Shown: positions 18,394 to 27,065, counted from the stretch's first letter. The stretch: DNA of 39,031 nucleotides from Planctomycetota bacterium (GCA_036505255.1 DASXTT010000113.1:1-39031), one strand, 5' to 3'. Notes: generated by a model not told the origin, from the letters alone. Numbers and translations: made by a program.

Positions 18394-19908
18394 TCAAGCG
18401 ACCTTCACGCAGATCGTGGTGATGTCGTCCTCCTGGGGCAGGGGGCCGCAGAACCGGTCGAGCTCGAAGGCGATCGCGCCCAGGATGTACGCGGCGGGAC
18501 GGTCGGCGTCCTGCTCGAGCACGGGGGTGCACCGGGCCAGGCCGAAGAGTTCGCCCTTGTCGTTCTTCGCCTCCTCGAGGCCGTCCGTGTAGAAGAGGAT
18601 GACGTCGCCCGACTGGAGCTGGATCGTTTCCGACACCATGGCGCGGTCGAAGAGCGCCCCCGGAGCCATGCCGAGCATCATGCCGCCCGATTCGAGCTTC
18701 CCGTGGGGCGGGGTCCGAGCCCGGTTGTACAGGAGCGGCGGGTTGTGCCCCGCCCTCGCATAGATGAGGGTCCGCGCCACGGGATCGAACATTCCCAGGA
18801 AGGCCGTGACGAAGGTCTGGCGGTCGAGGTCCTTGTAGACGTCGAGGTTGGCCTGCTTCATCGCCTCCGCCGGGTCCATCAGCTCGCTGGCCCGGATGTT
18901 GAGCACCTTCTTGGTCATCCCCATGAGGATGCCGGCCTCGATGCCGTGACCGGCGACGTCGCCGATGGCGATCCCGATGCGCCCCTGACCCATGTCGATG
19001 AAGTCGTAGAAATCCCCGCTGACCCGCTGGGCCGGGCGGTAGGTGATGGCGATGTCGCAGCCGGGGATCTGGGGCGCCTTCGCCGGAAGGAGGCGCCGCT
19101 GCCGGTCCACGGCGATCTTCAGGCTCTGCTCGAGGGAGTCGGCGAGCTGCGCCTTGTCCTCGAGGACCTTCATCTTGGTCTCCATCGCGGACGCGAGGCT
19201 CTTGGAGGCGGAGTATTTCTCCGCGTTGACTTTCTTGAGCTTGGCCTCGAGCTCCGCCTGCGGCTTGAACCGCGGCATCTTCGGGTTGAAGCCGATGCAG
19301 CGCCTGTGGAGGTGCCGGTAGAGATTGTCGACGACCTGCTGGGGGATCGACACGCGGGAGACGATCTTCACTTCCTCGAGGACGTTGGCGCAGAACGGGC
19401 AGAGCCAGCAGGTCTCGCGGTCGACGAACTGCCAGAGCGGATTGGTGAAGAGGTTCTTGCGGAGCTCCTCGTACTCCACCTCGAGGCGCTCCACCTGCTG
19501 CTCGAGGGTGCGGGGGTCCGAAGGGAGCTCCTCGACGGTGGGGAAGCTCGCGATCCTCGCGTTGGGGGCGATCAGGGTGAGAAGGCTGCTGATCTTCTCG
19601 CCCGGGTTGACGAGGACGAGTCGCTGGTCGGTCGCCTTGAGCTTGTTCGCGGAGAAGTAAAGCTCCCGGACGAGCGGGGCCGCGATGCCGCTGAGGTTCG
19701 AGAGATCGAAGGCGAAGGAGCTTTTTTTCGAGAAGACTTTTCCCCTGAGGATTTCGAGCATGGAGTCGTCGTACAGGCCGCGAAGGGTGATGAGCATCCA
19801 GGGGCCGCGGGCCAGGGTGACCACTTCGTAGGTGGGGGTGCGGGCCAGGATGTTGTCGGCCGCCGGGAGGGGGCGGGGCTTGGGGGCCGAGGGGGGTCCG
19901 AAGGGCAC
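18394..19908 (-). CDS. STAS-like domain / coiled coil with Cys-rich segment / PP2C (SpoIIE-type) serine phosphatase
   Basis: N-terminus: LITLRGLYDDSMLEILRGKV..FAFDLSNLSGIAAPLV..RLVLVNPGEKISSLL (STAS-like). Middle: CWLCPFC..HLHRRC. C-terminus: SGDFYDFI, GIAIGDVAGHGIEAG, FVTAF, AGHNPP, ILFYTDGL (PP2C/SpoIIE). GTG start. Confidence 0.85.
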   Translation of the reverse strand: MPFGPPSAPKPRPLPAADNILARTPTYEVVTLARGPWMLITLRGLYDDSMLEILRGKVFSKKSSFAFDLSNLSGIAAPLVRELYFSANKLKATDQRLVLVNPGEKISSLLTLIAPNARIASFPTVEELPSDPRTLEQQVERLEVEYEELRKNLFTNPLWQFVDRETCWLCPFCANVLEEVKIVSRVSIPQQVVDNLYRHLHRRCIGFNPKMPRFKPQAELEAKLKKVNAEKYSASKSLASAMETKMKVLEDKAQLADSLEQSLKIAVDRQRRLLPAKAPQIPGCDIAITYRPAQRVSGDFYDFIDMGQGRIGIAIGDVAGHGIEAGILMGMTKKVLNIRASELMDPAEAMKQANLDVYKDLDRQTFVTAFLGMFDPVARTLIYARAGHNPPLLYNRARTPPHGKLESGGMMLGMAPGALFDRAMVSETIQLQSGDVILFYTDGLEEAKNDKGELFGLARCTPVLEQDADRPAAYILGAIAFELDRFCGPLPQEDDITTICVKVA

Positions 19909-19965
19909 GGGGAAATCCTCCGCCGGGATTCTAGGCTGGGCGCGGAGGTTTTGTCAAAGCGGCCT

Positions 19966-20940
19966 TTATTTGTTTCCGCCCCCGCCGCCTCCCCCTTCCT
20001 TGCCTTCCTCCTTGGGCGGGGCTTCGGTCTCGGGGACGAGCCGGGTGCGGACGGTCTGGGTGCACGAGGAGTGTCCCTTTTCGGCGGCGTGGGGGCAGGC
20101 GGTCTTGTGTCCGGCCGGTCCGTCGAAGCGCTCCCACGTGACACGGCAGCGGTACGTGACGGTCGCATTGGCCTGCAGGTCCGCCCTGTTGAGTTTCCAC
20201 CATTTTTCCCAGTCGGCGGTGGTTTCCTCGTCGCCGCCCGTGATGGATTTCAGCGCGCGGTCGCAGGCGGCGCGCAACTTGGCTCCGCCCATTTCCCCGC
20301 CGCCGCCGCCGCCGAAGCGCCGCCCGCCGCCGCCGCCGAAGCCGCCGTTCTTGCGGCGCCAGTCGAGGAGGGGATCGACCGCGCCGGAGCTTCCGATGCG
20401 GCCGATGGCGTTGAAGGCCTCTTCGAGGACTTTCTTCCAGTCATCGTCGCTGGAGCGGTCAAGGAGCCTGACCAGGGGTGGCGAGGCCGATTCGTATCCC
20501 AGCTTCCCGAGGGCGCTGAAGATCGCCGCGAGGGCGACGGGGCGCTTCTCGTTGGGCGAGACGGCGGCGAGGAGGGAGTCGGCGGAAAGCGGGTGGTCCA
20601 GTTCCGCGATCTGGAGCGCCGCGTTGGCCGCGACGTCGGGGTTCGAGGCCCGGAGGTAGGAGACCATCGCCCGGATGACCTTCTCGTGGCGGACGCGGGA
20701 GATCTCCTTGAGGGCCGCGATCTGCGAGGACGGGAGGTCGGAAGCCATCGCCTTCTTGAACACGGCGAGAGCGGCTTCGGCCTCCTCGTCGGTGGCGGGG
20801 GCCGATTTCGCCGCCCCGGCGCCGGCCTTGGGATCCTGCTTGGGAGGTTCCTGCTTGGGAGGTTCCTGGAGCGCGGGGGCGCCGGCGGCCGCGAGAGACA
20901 GGACCGCGGGCAGAATGAGAGCGAGGAGGTAGCGCGACAT
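19966..20940 (-). CDS. Secreted HEAT-repeat protein with a Gly-rich linker and a Cys/His-containing C-terminal module
   Basis: Signal peptide MSRYLLALILPAVLSLAAAGA. Tandem QEPPK repeats. HEAT-like helices (AIFSALGKLGYESASPPLVRLLD, EEAFNAIGRIGSSGAVDPLLD). AAGGAG lies 9 nt upstream of the ATG. Confidence 0.7.
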   Translation of the reverse strand: MSRYLLALILPAVLSLAAAGAPALQEPPKQEPPKQDPKAGAGAAKSAPATDEEAEAALAVFKKAMASDLPSSQIAALKEISRVRHEKVIRAMVSYLRASNPDVAANAALQIAELDHPLSADSLLAAVSPNEKRPVALAAIFSALGKLGYESASPPLVRLLDRSSDDDWKKVLEEAFNAIGRIGSSGAVDPLLDWRRKNGGFGGGGGRRFGGGGGGEMGGAKLRAACDRALKSITGGDEETTADWEKWWKLNRADLQANATVTYRCRVTWERFDGPAGHKTACPHAAEKGHSSCTQTVRTRLVPETEAPPKEEGKEGGGGGGGNK

Positions 20941-21149
20941 GGGCAGCGTCTCCTTCGGCGAAGTCCGACCGTTGATCCCCGCTCCAACCCTGTTAACCCA
21001 TTATGACAGTTCGGGTGGCGGGAATGTTCGAAAATATGGACGGAGGAATCGCTGCGGCTCGATCGCGATCCAGCCGATTCTGAGGTAGGATGTCCGTCAT
21101 GACGGGCCCCGGGCGCGCCGTTCGAATAGCGCGCTGATCCTCCGCTCAG

Positions 21150-21221
21150 GGGCCCGTGGCTCAACGGTAGAGCAGGGGACTCATAATCCCTTGGTTCCCG
21201 GTTCGAATCCGGGCGGGCCCA
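21150..21221 (+). tRNA. tRNA with CAT anticodon: elongator tRNA-Met, or tRNA-Ile2 if modified to lysidine; CCA not encoded
   Basis: GGGCCCG-TG-GCTC-AACGGTA-GAGC-A-GGGGA-CTCATAA-TCCCT-TGGTT-CCCGG-TTCGAAT-CCGGG-CGGGCCC-A. Position 1-72 is a G-C pair, which argues against an initiator tRNA. Confidence 0.85.
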
Positions 21222-21353
21222 CTTCGACTCGCCGCAGCTTTGCCGTTGCGGCTCGCTCAGGGCAAGCACTTCCCGCGGTGGAAACTGGAAACATTTCGCG
21301 GTCCGAAATCGTATCGATGAAGTATCCTCTTGGAACCTGTCTGGAGATCGCCC

Positions 21354-21872
21354 ATGAAACTCGGATCCTTCGCCGCGCTCGCCGTCGTGTTCGCCATCGC
21401 CCTCCCCGGCGTGGCCCAGGAAAAGGAAAAGAAGGAGAAGAAAACCCACGCCGGCCTTGAACGGCTCAAGAAGCTCACGGGCACTTGGACCGCCGAGACC
21501 AAGGAGATGGGCGCCACCACCGTCACCTACCGGGTGATCTCCGGCAACTCAACGGTCATGGAGACCATCATGCCGGGGACCGATCACGAGATGGTCACCA
21601 TGTACCACGTCGACGGGGATGACCTCGTTCTCACCCACTACTGCGCCCTCGGCAACCAGCCCCGCATGAAGGCGCAGAAGGATTCCAAGGAAGGGACGCT
21701 CGACTTCCGCTGCACGGGCGGCTCCAACATGAAGTGCCCGACCGACGCCCACATGCACTCCCTGGTCCTGACGTTCGTGGACGCGGACCACATCAACCAC
21801 GAGTGGGCGCTCATGAAAGACGGGAAAATCGACCATTCCGTGAAGTTCGAACTCGCCCGGAAGAAGGAATGA
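21354..21872 (+). CDS. Small secreted protein (DUF1579-like beta-barrel; family assignment tentative)
   Basis: Signal peptide MKLGSFAALAVVFAIALPGVAQE. GGAG lies upstream of ATG 21354. The mature part contains WTAE..MVTMYHVDGDDLVLTHYC. Confidence 0.7.
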   Translation: MKLGSFAALAVVFAIALPGVAQEKEKKEKKTHAGLERLKKLTGTWTAETKEMGATTVTYRVISGNSTVMETIMPGTDHEMVTMYHVDGDDLVLTHYCALGNQPRMKAQKDSKEGTLDFRCTGGSNMKCPTDAHMHSLVLTFVDADHINHEWALMKDGKIDHSVKFELARKKE

Positions 21873-21882
21873 ACTCCGGGGG

Positions 21883-22902
21883 TCACGCCCCGATGAATTT
21901 CGCGTAGACCGCCCGCGCCCGAGCGGGATCGTCGGTCCCCCGGATGATCGCCCGCCCGTCCGGGAAGAGGGTGACCTCGAAGCCCTCCGCCTCGAGCCGC
22001 AGTAGATACTCGTTCCGGGCGACTTTTCCCACGGCCGAGAGCCGGCGCTCGAGCGCCGCCAAATCCAGGGACGCCTCCGTCGCGGGCCGCACCTGCACCG
22101 CGTTCCGCCCGCAGAGCGCCGTCGCCGCCCCCGAGGCGCCGCCTTCCAGGAATTCGTACCGACCCTTGCCGCAGGCTACGCATTCCGGATTCCGCGCCAT
22201 CCGGAACAGGTGGTGCCGGTTTCCCCAGATGTCCACCGTGAGGAGCCCTTCCGCCAGCGCCTCCCTCCGGCCGACGAGGATTTTCAGCGCCTCAGCCGCC
22301 TGCAGCGAGGCCACCACGCCCACCGCGGGCCCGATCACCCCCGCGGTGTCGCACGTCGGCACGCTCCCCGGCTCGGGCGGGTCGGGCACGAAGCACCGGA
22401 AGCACGCCGTTTCGCCGGGAAGCACGGCGAGGACCATCCCCTCCGCGGCCACGCACCCTCCGTAGACCCACGGCTTCTTCAGCTTCAGGCACGCATCGTT
22501 CAGGAGGAACCGCGTCTCGAAATTGTCCGTGCCGTCGAGCACGAGGTCGGCGTCCCCGATCAGCGACGCGACGTTCGAGGGATTCACGTCCACGACGCGG
22601 GCCTCGACGGCGATCTCGCCGTTGACGCGCGCCAGCTTTTCCGCGGCGGCCGCCGCCTTGGGAAGATTCCGGCGCACGTCCTCTTCGTCGAAGAGGACCT
22701 GCCGCTGGAGGTTGTTCAGCTCGACGAAGTCGCGGTCGCAGATCCGCAGCCGGCCCACCCCGGCCCGCGCGAGATGCTGCGCGAGATGGGACCCGAGCGC
22801 GCCGCACCCGACCAGGGTGACCCGGGCCGCGCCGAGCCGTTTCTGGCCCTCCGCCCCGAAGGGGGTGAAGAGCCGCTGTCGCGCGTAGCGGTCGGGTTCC
22901 AT
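21883..22902 (-). CDS. ThiF/MoeB-family E1-like adenylyltransferase (339 aa form with a C-terminal extension)
   Basis: RYARQ..VTLVGCGALGSHLAQHLARAGVGRLRICDRDFVELNNLQRQ (nucleotide-binding fold). Two Cys pairs, CFRC..TC and CVAC (zinc site). GGAGG lies 7 nt upstream of the ATG. Confidence 0.85.
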   Translation of the reverse strand: MEPDRYARQRLFTPFGAEGQKRLGAARVTLVGCGALGSHLAQHLARAGVGRLRICDRDFVELNNLQRQVLFDEEDVRRNLPKAAAAAEKLARVNGEIAVEARVVDVNPSNVASLIGDADLVLDGTDNFETRFLLNDACLKLKKPWVYGGCVAAEGMVLAVLPGETACFRCFVPDPPEPGSVPTCDTAGVIGPAVGVVASLQAAEALKILVGRREALAEGLLTVDIWGNRHHLFRMARNPECVACGKGRYEFLEGGASGAATALCGRNAVQVRPATEASLDLAALERRLSAVGKVARNEYLLRLEAEGFEVTLFPDGRAIIRGTDDPARARAVYAKFIGA

Positions 22903-23137
22903 TCGTCGACCTCCATGGACATGGGCCGGGACGAGGTCCTCCGGCAGATCGGCGGAGGCCGTCCCCGGCGCGGGCCATCGCGACCCGGGTCCGAAACTAT
23001 CAGGAGGCGCATTTCGGCGCCAGTGGGCGACGTTTTATTTTTTGTTGGCTTTCGCCCGGAAAAAGGTGGGATAATCCGCGTCTTGCCGCAGGGTGCGGCG
23101 AGCTAAGGTTGCAGTGGTTTCACTAACGGGGCCGGGC

Positions 23138-23488
23138 ATGTACACGGACAAGCAGTTGACGTGCGTCGAGTGCGGGGCGGCGTTCACCTTCACGGCGGCC
23201 GAGCAGGAGCGTCACGCTCAGCTCGGGTTCACCAACGAACCCAAGCGGTGCGCCCCCTGCCGGGCGGCGAAGAAGGCCGCTTCGGGCAGCCGGGGCGGTG
23301 GTGGTGGCGGCGGCGGCGGCGGGAGCGGCGGAGGCGGAGGCGGAGGCATGGGCGGGGGCGGTCGGTCCGGCCCCAGGGAAATGTTCCCCGCCGTGTGCGC
23401 CCAGTGCGGCAAACAGACCCAGGTCCCGTTCAAGCCGCGCGGCGACCGGCCCGTTTACTGCAGCGACTGCTTCAGCTCCCGCCGGTAG
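23138..23488 (+). CDS. Double zinc-ribbon protein with a central poly-Gly linker
   Basis: CVECGAAFTFTAAEQERHAQLGFTNEPKRCAPCR, then G/S-rich linker SRGGGGGGGGGGSGGGGGGGMGGGG (23 aa, 19 Gly), then CAQCGKQTQVPFKPRGDRPVYCSDCF. Start at ATG 23138. Confidence 0.7.
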   Translation: MYTDKQLTCVECGAAFTFTAAEQERHAQLGFTNEPKRCAPCRAAKKAASGSRGGGGGGGGGGSGGGGGGGMGGGGRSGPREMFPAVCAQCGKQTQVPFKPRGDRPVYCSDCFSSRR

Positions 23489-23601
23489 CCGGTCCTCGGC
23501 TCCCGACTTTTCCGAACCCGGGACGCTCGCGCCGGGAGTCCGCCCGGACTCTGCCCGCGCGCCGGGCGTCGTATATACTCCAGTCTCGCCACGGAGGACT
23601 C

Positions 23602-25479
23602 ATGCGCGCCGCACGCGTCTTCGCCCTCCTGCTCCTCGTCGGGCGCCCCGCCTCCGCGCAGGAGGTTCTCGAGGAGGATTGGAGCGTCATGACGATCATG
23701 GGGTCGCGCGTCGGCCACACCCACTCGCTGCGGACGCGCCGCGCCGGGCCGGACGGCGCCGCGGAGATCGAGACGCTCGAACAATCGCGCCTGGCCGTGA
23801 AGCGGATGGGCGCCGGGATCGAGATCAGCCAGGATGTCCGCCACGTCGAGACGCCGGACGGCCGCCCGCTCCGGTTCAGTTCCCGCATGATCATGTCCTC
23901 GACCCCCACGCTCACCGAGGGCGTCATCGAGAACGGCCGGCTCAAGCTGAAGACGACCTCCGGGGAGGTCACCAAGGAAACCGAGGTCGACTGGGACCCC
24001 GAGTGCCTCCTTTCCGAGGGGTCGCGCCTGCTCATGATCAAGAAGGGCTTCGCCCCGGGGACGAAGTACCGCTTCAAGACGTTCAGCGCCGACTTCGGCA
24101 AAGTCGACGAGGTGGAGGTCGAGGTGCTGGAGCCCGAAACCAAGACCGTTCTCGGCAAGGAACGGCGCCTGAACCGGGTTCAGGTGAAGACCTCCCTTCA
24201 GAAAGGCGTGGTCATGACGACCTGGCTCGACGAGAACGGCTCCGCCTGGGCCATGGAGTCCCCTCTCATGGGGTTGAAGCTGGCCGTCGAGCGCGCCACG
24301 CGGGAGGAGGCGCTGAAGTCGGCGCCGGCGGAGCTCCCGGAGATTTTCTTCAAGACGATGCCGCGGTCCGACGCCGCCCTGCCCCGGCCGCGTGAAATCA
24401 CCGAGCTCCGCGCGCGCCTTGAACGGCCGGATGGCGGGCTCGCGGACTGGAAGCCGCCCGGGGGGACGCAGACCGTCGTCGCGCGCGACACGAAGTCGGT
24501 GACGTTGCGGATCGTGGCGCCGCCGCCGGGAACGCCGGCGGCCCAGCCGGTCGAGGACCATTCGGCCTTCCTCAAGTCCTCGCCCGCCGTCCAGTCGGAC
24601 GATCCGGAAATCGTCGAGCAGGCGCGCCGGATCGTCGGCGAAGAGAAGGACCCGTACCGGAGGGCGAGCGCCCTCGCGGGCTGGGTCAACAAGCACATCA
24701 ACAAGAAGAGCATGGACGTCGCGGCCGCGAGCGCGAAGGAGGTCCTGAAGGATCGGACCGGCGACTGTTCCGAGCACGCCGTCCTCCTGACGGCGCTCCT
24801 GCGGGCCGCCGGGATCCCCGCCAAGGTGTGTTCCGGCTACCTGTACGTGCGCGGGTCCTGGGGCGGCCACGCGTGGAGCAGCGCCTGGGTGGGACGCTGG
24901 GTCGACCTCGACGCGACCCTCGGCGACGGCGTCGCCGACGCCGCCCGCATCAAGTTCAGCGAGACGACGCTCGAGGACGTGGGAGCGACGATCGAAGGCA
25001 TGACGGGCGCCGGTTTCATGCACGGCGACATGAAGATCGAACTCCAGGAGTACGCCCTCGACGGAAAAACGCACAAGGTGGAGCCGCCGGCGAAACCGAC
25101 CGACGACACCTTCTCCGCGCCGCTGCTCGGCGTTTCCTTCGAGAAGCCCGCGGACTGGAAGTTCACGGCGCCCAAGGACCTTCCGCCCTTCATCCTCGCG
25201 GTCCTCGCGTCGCCCGACGGGAAGGCCGAGGTCCGGATCAGCTACATCGACCTTCCGTACGACCTGGCCCCGCTCGAAACCAGGAAGGCGGCGCGCAAGC
25301 TCGGCGGGGGTTCCAGCGGCGAGGCCGGCCGCCTCGCGGGCCTCGACACCTACGAGACCGATTCCAGGCTCTTCGTCCGGCTGAGTCCCGGTGAAATGCT
25401 GGTGATCGTCCTCAAGGACGAGGAGGCCGCGCGCCCGGCCCTCGAGCACATCAAGAAGACCCTGAAGATCAAACGATGA
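23602..25479 (+). CDS. Secreted transglutaminase-like (Cys-His-Asp) domain protein
   Basis: Signal peptide MRAARVFALLLLVGRPASAQE. GGAGG lies upstream of ATG 23602. Core: TGDCSEHAVLLTALLRAAGIPAKV..GHAWSSAWV..WVDLDAT. The stop overlaps the next start (ATGA). Confidence 0.8.
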   Translation: MRAARVFALLLLVGRPASAQEVLEEDWSVMTIMGSRVGHTHSLRTRRAGPDGAAEIETLEQSRLAVKRMGAGIEISQDVRHVETPDGRPLRFSSRMIMSSTPTLTEGVIENGRLKLKTTSGEVTKETEVDWDPECLLSEGSRLLMIKKGFAPGTKYRFKTFSADFGKVDEVEVEVLEPETKTVLGKERRLNRVQVKTSLQKGVVMTTWLDENGSAWAMESPLMGLKLAVERATREEALKSAPAELPEIFFKTMPRSDAALPRPREITELRARLERPDGGLADWKPPGGTQTVVARDTKSVTLRIVAPPPGTPAAQPVEDHSAFLKSSPAVQSDDPEIVEQARRIVGEEKDPYRRASALAGWVNKHINKKSMDVAAASAKEVLKDRTGDCSEHAVLLTALLRAAGIPAKVCSGYLYVRGSWGGHAWSSAWVGRWVDLDATLGDGVADAARIKFSETTLEDVGATIEGMTGAGFMHGDMKIELQEYALDGKTHKVEPPAKPTDDTFSAPLLGVSFEKPADWKFTAPKDLPPFILAVLASPDGKAEVRISYIDLPYDLAPLETRKAARKLGGGSSGEAGRLAGLDTYETDSRLFVRLSPGEMLVIVLKDEEAARPALEHIKKTLKIKR

Positions 25480-27008
25480 CGCGCCTGGTCGCCGTCGAGG
25501 GGCCCCTGCGGGGGCGGACCTTCGAGATCGACGACGGTTCCACCGTCGGCCGCGCCGCTTCGTGCGCCGTGCGGATCGACGGCCGCCACATCTCCCGGAT
25601 CCACGCGCGCTTCGTCCGGAGATCCGCCGGCTTCGCCATCCAGGACGCGGGCAGCCGCAACGGCATCTTCGTCAACGGCCAGCGCGTGGACGACAAGGAG
25701 CTGACGCGGGACGACGAGATCGAGATCGGCGAGCACCTCCTGGTGTTCGAACCGACGGCGGAGCGCGACTCCGCTTCGCGCTCCCGCCCCGGGGGCGCCA
25801 CCCTCGTGACGGAGACGCTCGACGATCCGTTCGGGGAACCTCTTGAACCGGCTCGGACGGCGGCGACCCTCGACGCGGTTCGCGCTTTCCACGGGGCCGA
25901 GCCGGAAGAGAGGGCGGTCCGGCTCCTCCTCGACCGGCTCGTGAACGATCTTAGGGCCCGCCGGGGATTCGTGATGCTCGCGGACGACCGGGGCCGGCTG
26001 CAGCCGGCGGCGCGCCGGGCCCCGCCGGGGGACGACGAGATCCATCTCTCCAACGTCCTCTTCCACAAGGTGTGGAAGGAGCGGAAGTCGGTCCTCGCCT
26101 CGGACACCGCGCGCGGGGGCCCCTCGGCGGGGCGGGCCGTGGAAATCCTGGCGACCCCTCTGGCCGCGGCCGGCGACATCCTGGGCTTTATCTACCTCGA
26201 CGCCCCGCCCCCGGCTTTCGGCCGGTCGGACCTGAGGTACGCGGCCTGGCTGGCCGCCTTCGGCGCGGGGGCCATCGCCACGGCGCGGCGGATGCGCCGG
26301 GCGCGCGAGGCGGTGGCCGCCTCCGCGGGCCGGCTCGCCGAGGGAGGCGAGCTGGTGACCTCCGGGGCGCTTGATGAAGCGGTCCGGCGGATCGAGCGCG
26401 CGGCGGCCGGCGACGCGCCGGTGCTTTTCACGGGTGAGGCGGGGACCGGGAAGGAGCGCGCGGCCCGGCGCCTTCACGCCCTGGGCCCGCGCGCCGTGGG
26501 TCCCTTCGTCTCCGTCCGGTGCGGAGCGGTATCCGCTTCCCTCGTCGAGGCTGCCCTGTTCGGGGCGGGAGGCCGCGTGGCGGAGGCGCGCGCCGGGACG
26601 CTGTTCGTGGACGGGATCGACGTCCTGCCGCCGCCCGTTCGGGAGCGGCTCCTCGTCCTGGTGGACGAGCCCTCGGTCGAGGAGGACGTGCGGGTCGTGG
26701 CCGGGTCGCCCAACGCGGCGGGGCTCCAGGGCCATTTCGGGGAGATCATCGACCTGCCCCCGCTGCGCGAGCGGCTCGGCGACCTGCCGGCGCTCCTGCA
26801 CCATTTCCTGAGGACCCTCGGAGGACGGAGCGTGGGTTCGCTCGAGGACCACGTCGACCCCGCCGTCCTGCGCCGGTTGGAATCTCAATCCTGGCCCGGC
26901 AACGTCCGGGAGCTGCGGCTCGCCGTGGAGCGGATGCTCGCGGCGGCGGGAAGCGGACGCATCGACCCCTCGCATCTTCCCCATGAGCCGGAAGGCTCCG
27001 CGTCCTGA
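25476..27008 (+). CDS. FHA / GAF-like / degenerate sigma54-activator-type AAA+ protein (no HTH)
   Basis: FHA: GRAASCAVRI..HISRIHARF..GSRNGIFVNG. AAA+: LFTGEAGTGKE (Walker A), TLFVDGID (Walker B with Gly in place of Glu), LFGAGGRVAEA where GAFTGA is expected, LRERLGDLPAL, WPGNVREL. It ends without a DNA-binding domain. Confidence 0.85.
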   Translation: MTRLVAVEGPLRGRTFEIDDGSTVGRAASCAVRIDGRHISRIHARFVRRSAGFAIQDAGSRNGIFVNGQRVDDKELTRDDEIEIGEHLLVFEPTAERDSASRSRPGGATLVTETLDDPFGEPLEPARTAATLDAVRAFHGAEPEERAVRLLLDRLVNDLRARRGFVMLADDRGRLQPAARRAPPGDDEIHLSNVLFHKVWKERKSVLASDTARGGPSAGRAVEILATPLAAAGDILGFIYLDAPPPAFGRSDLRYAAWLAAFGAGAIATARRMRRAREAVAASAGRLAEGGELVTSGALDEAVRRIERAAAGDAPVLFTGEAGTGKERAARRLHALGPRAVGPFVSVRCGAVSASLVEAALFGAGGRVAEARAGTLFVDGIDVLPPPVRERLLVLVDEPSVEEDVRVVAGSPNAAGLQGHFGEIIDLPPLRERLGDLPALLHHFLRTLGGRSVGSLEDHVDPAVLRRLESQSWPGNVRELRLAVERMLAAAGSGRIDPSHLPHEPEGSAS

Positions 27009-27065
27009 CCGGCGGCCCAACCTTCAGGGGGAGATTTCTCCCGCCGCGGGGTTCGTGTATAATCC

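Noticed and set aside
18370-21006. 878-aa plus-strand ORF spanning the PP2C phosphatase and HEAT-protein loci. Similar long ORFs occur at 3282..5096(+), 8043..9872(-), 13387..15519(-), 23455..25449(-), 25350..27020(-), 27024..28490(-), 28761..31094(-), 34424..36427(+), 36345..38678(-) and 29867..33343(+).
   Set aside because: All are R/G/P/A/E/D-rich low-complexity translations with no motifs. Each lies antisense or out of frame to ORFs that carry unambiguous catalytic motifs. Long stop-free shadow frames are expected at about 70% GC.
21150-21221. The tRNA(CAT) as the initiator tRNA-fMet
   Set aside because: Position 1-72 is a Watson-Crick G-C pair, whereas bacterial initiators have a 1-72 mismatch. 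The three G-C pairs of the anticodon stem are also not directly adjacent to the loop. Elongator Met or Ile2(lysidine) remains unresolved.
21222-21353. Possible second integration site at tRNA-Met, including the small hairpin at 21231-21252
   Set aside because: No integrase, no repeated tRNA fragment and no compositional change in the downstream genes. The weak 6-bp hairpin is most simply a tRNA 3' processing or terminator structure.
23161-23601. N-terminal 147 aa of track ORF 23161..25479, which would extend the transglutaminase-like protein over the zinc-ribbon gene
   Set aside because: The extension is Arg/Gly-rich and overlaps the zinc-ribbon CDS in another frame. A GGAGG site, ATG 23602 and a typical signal peptide define the real start.
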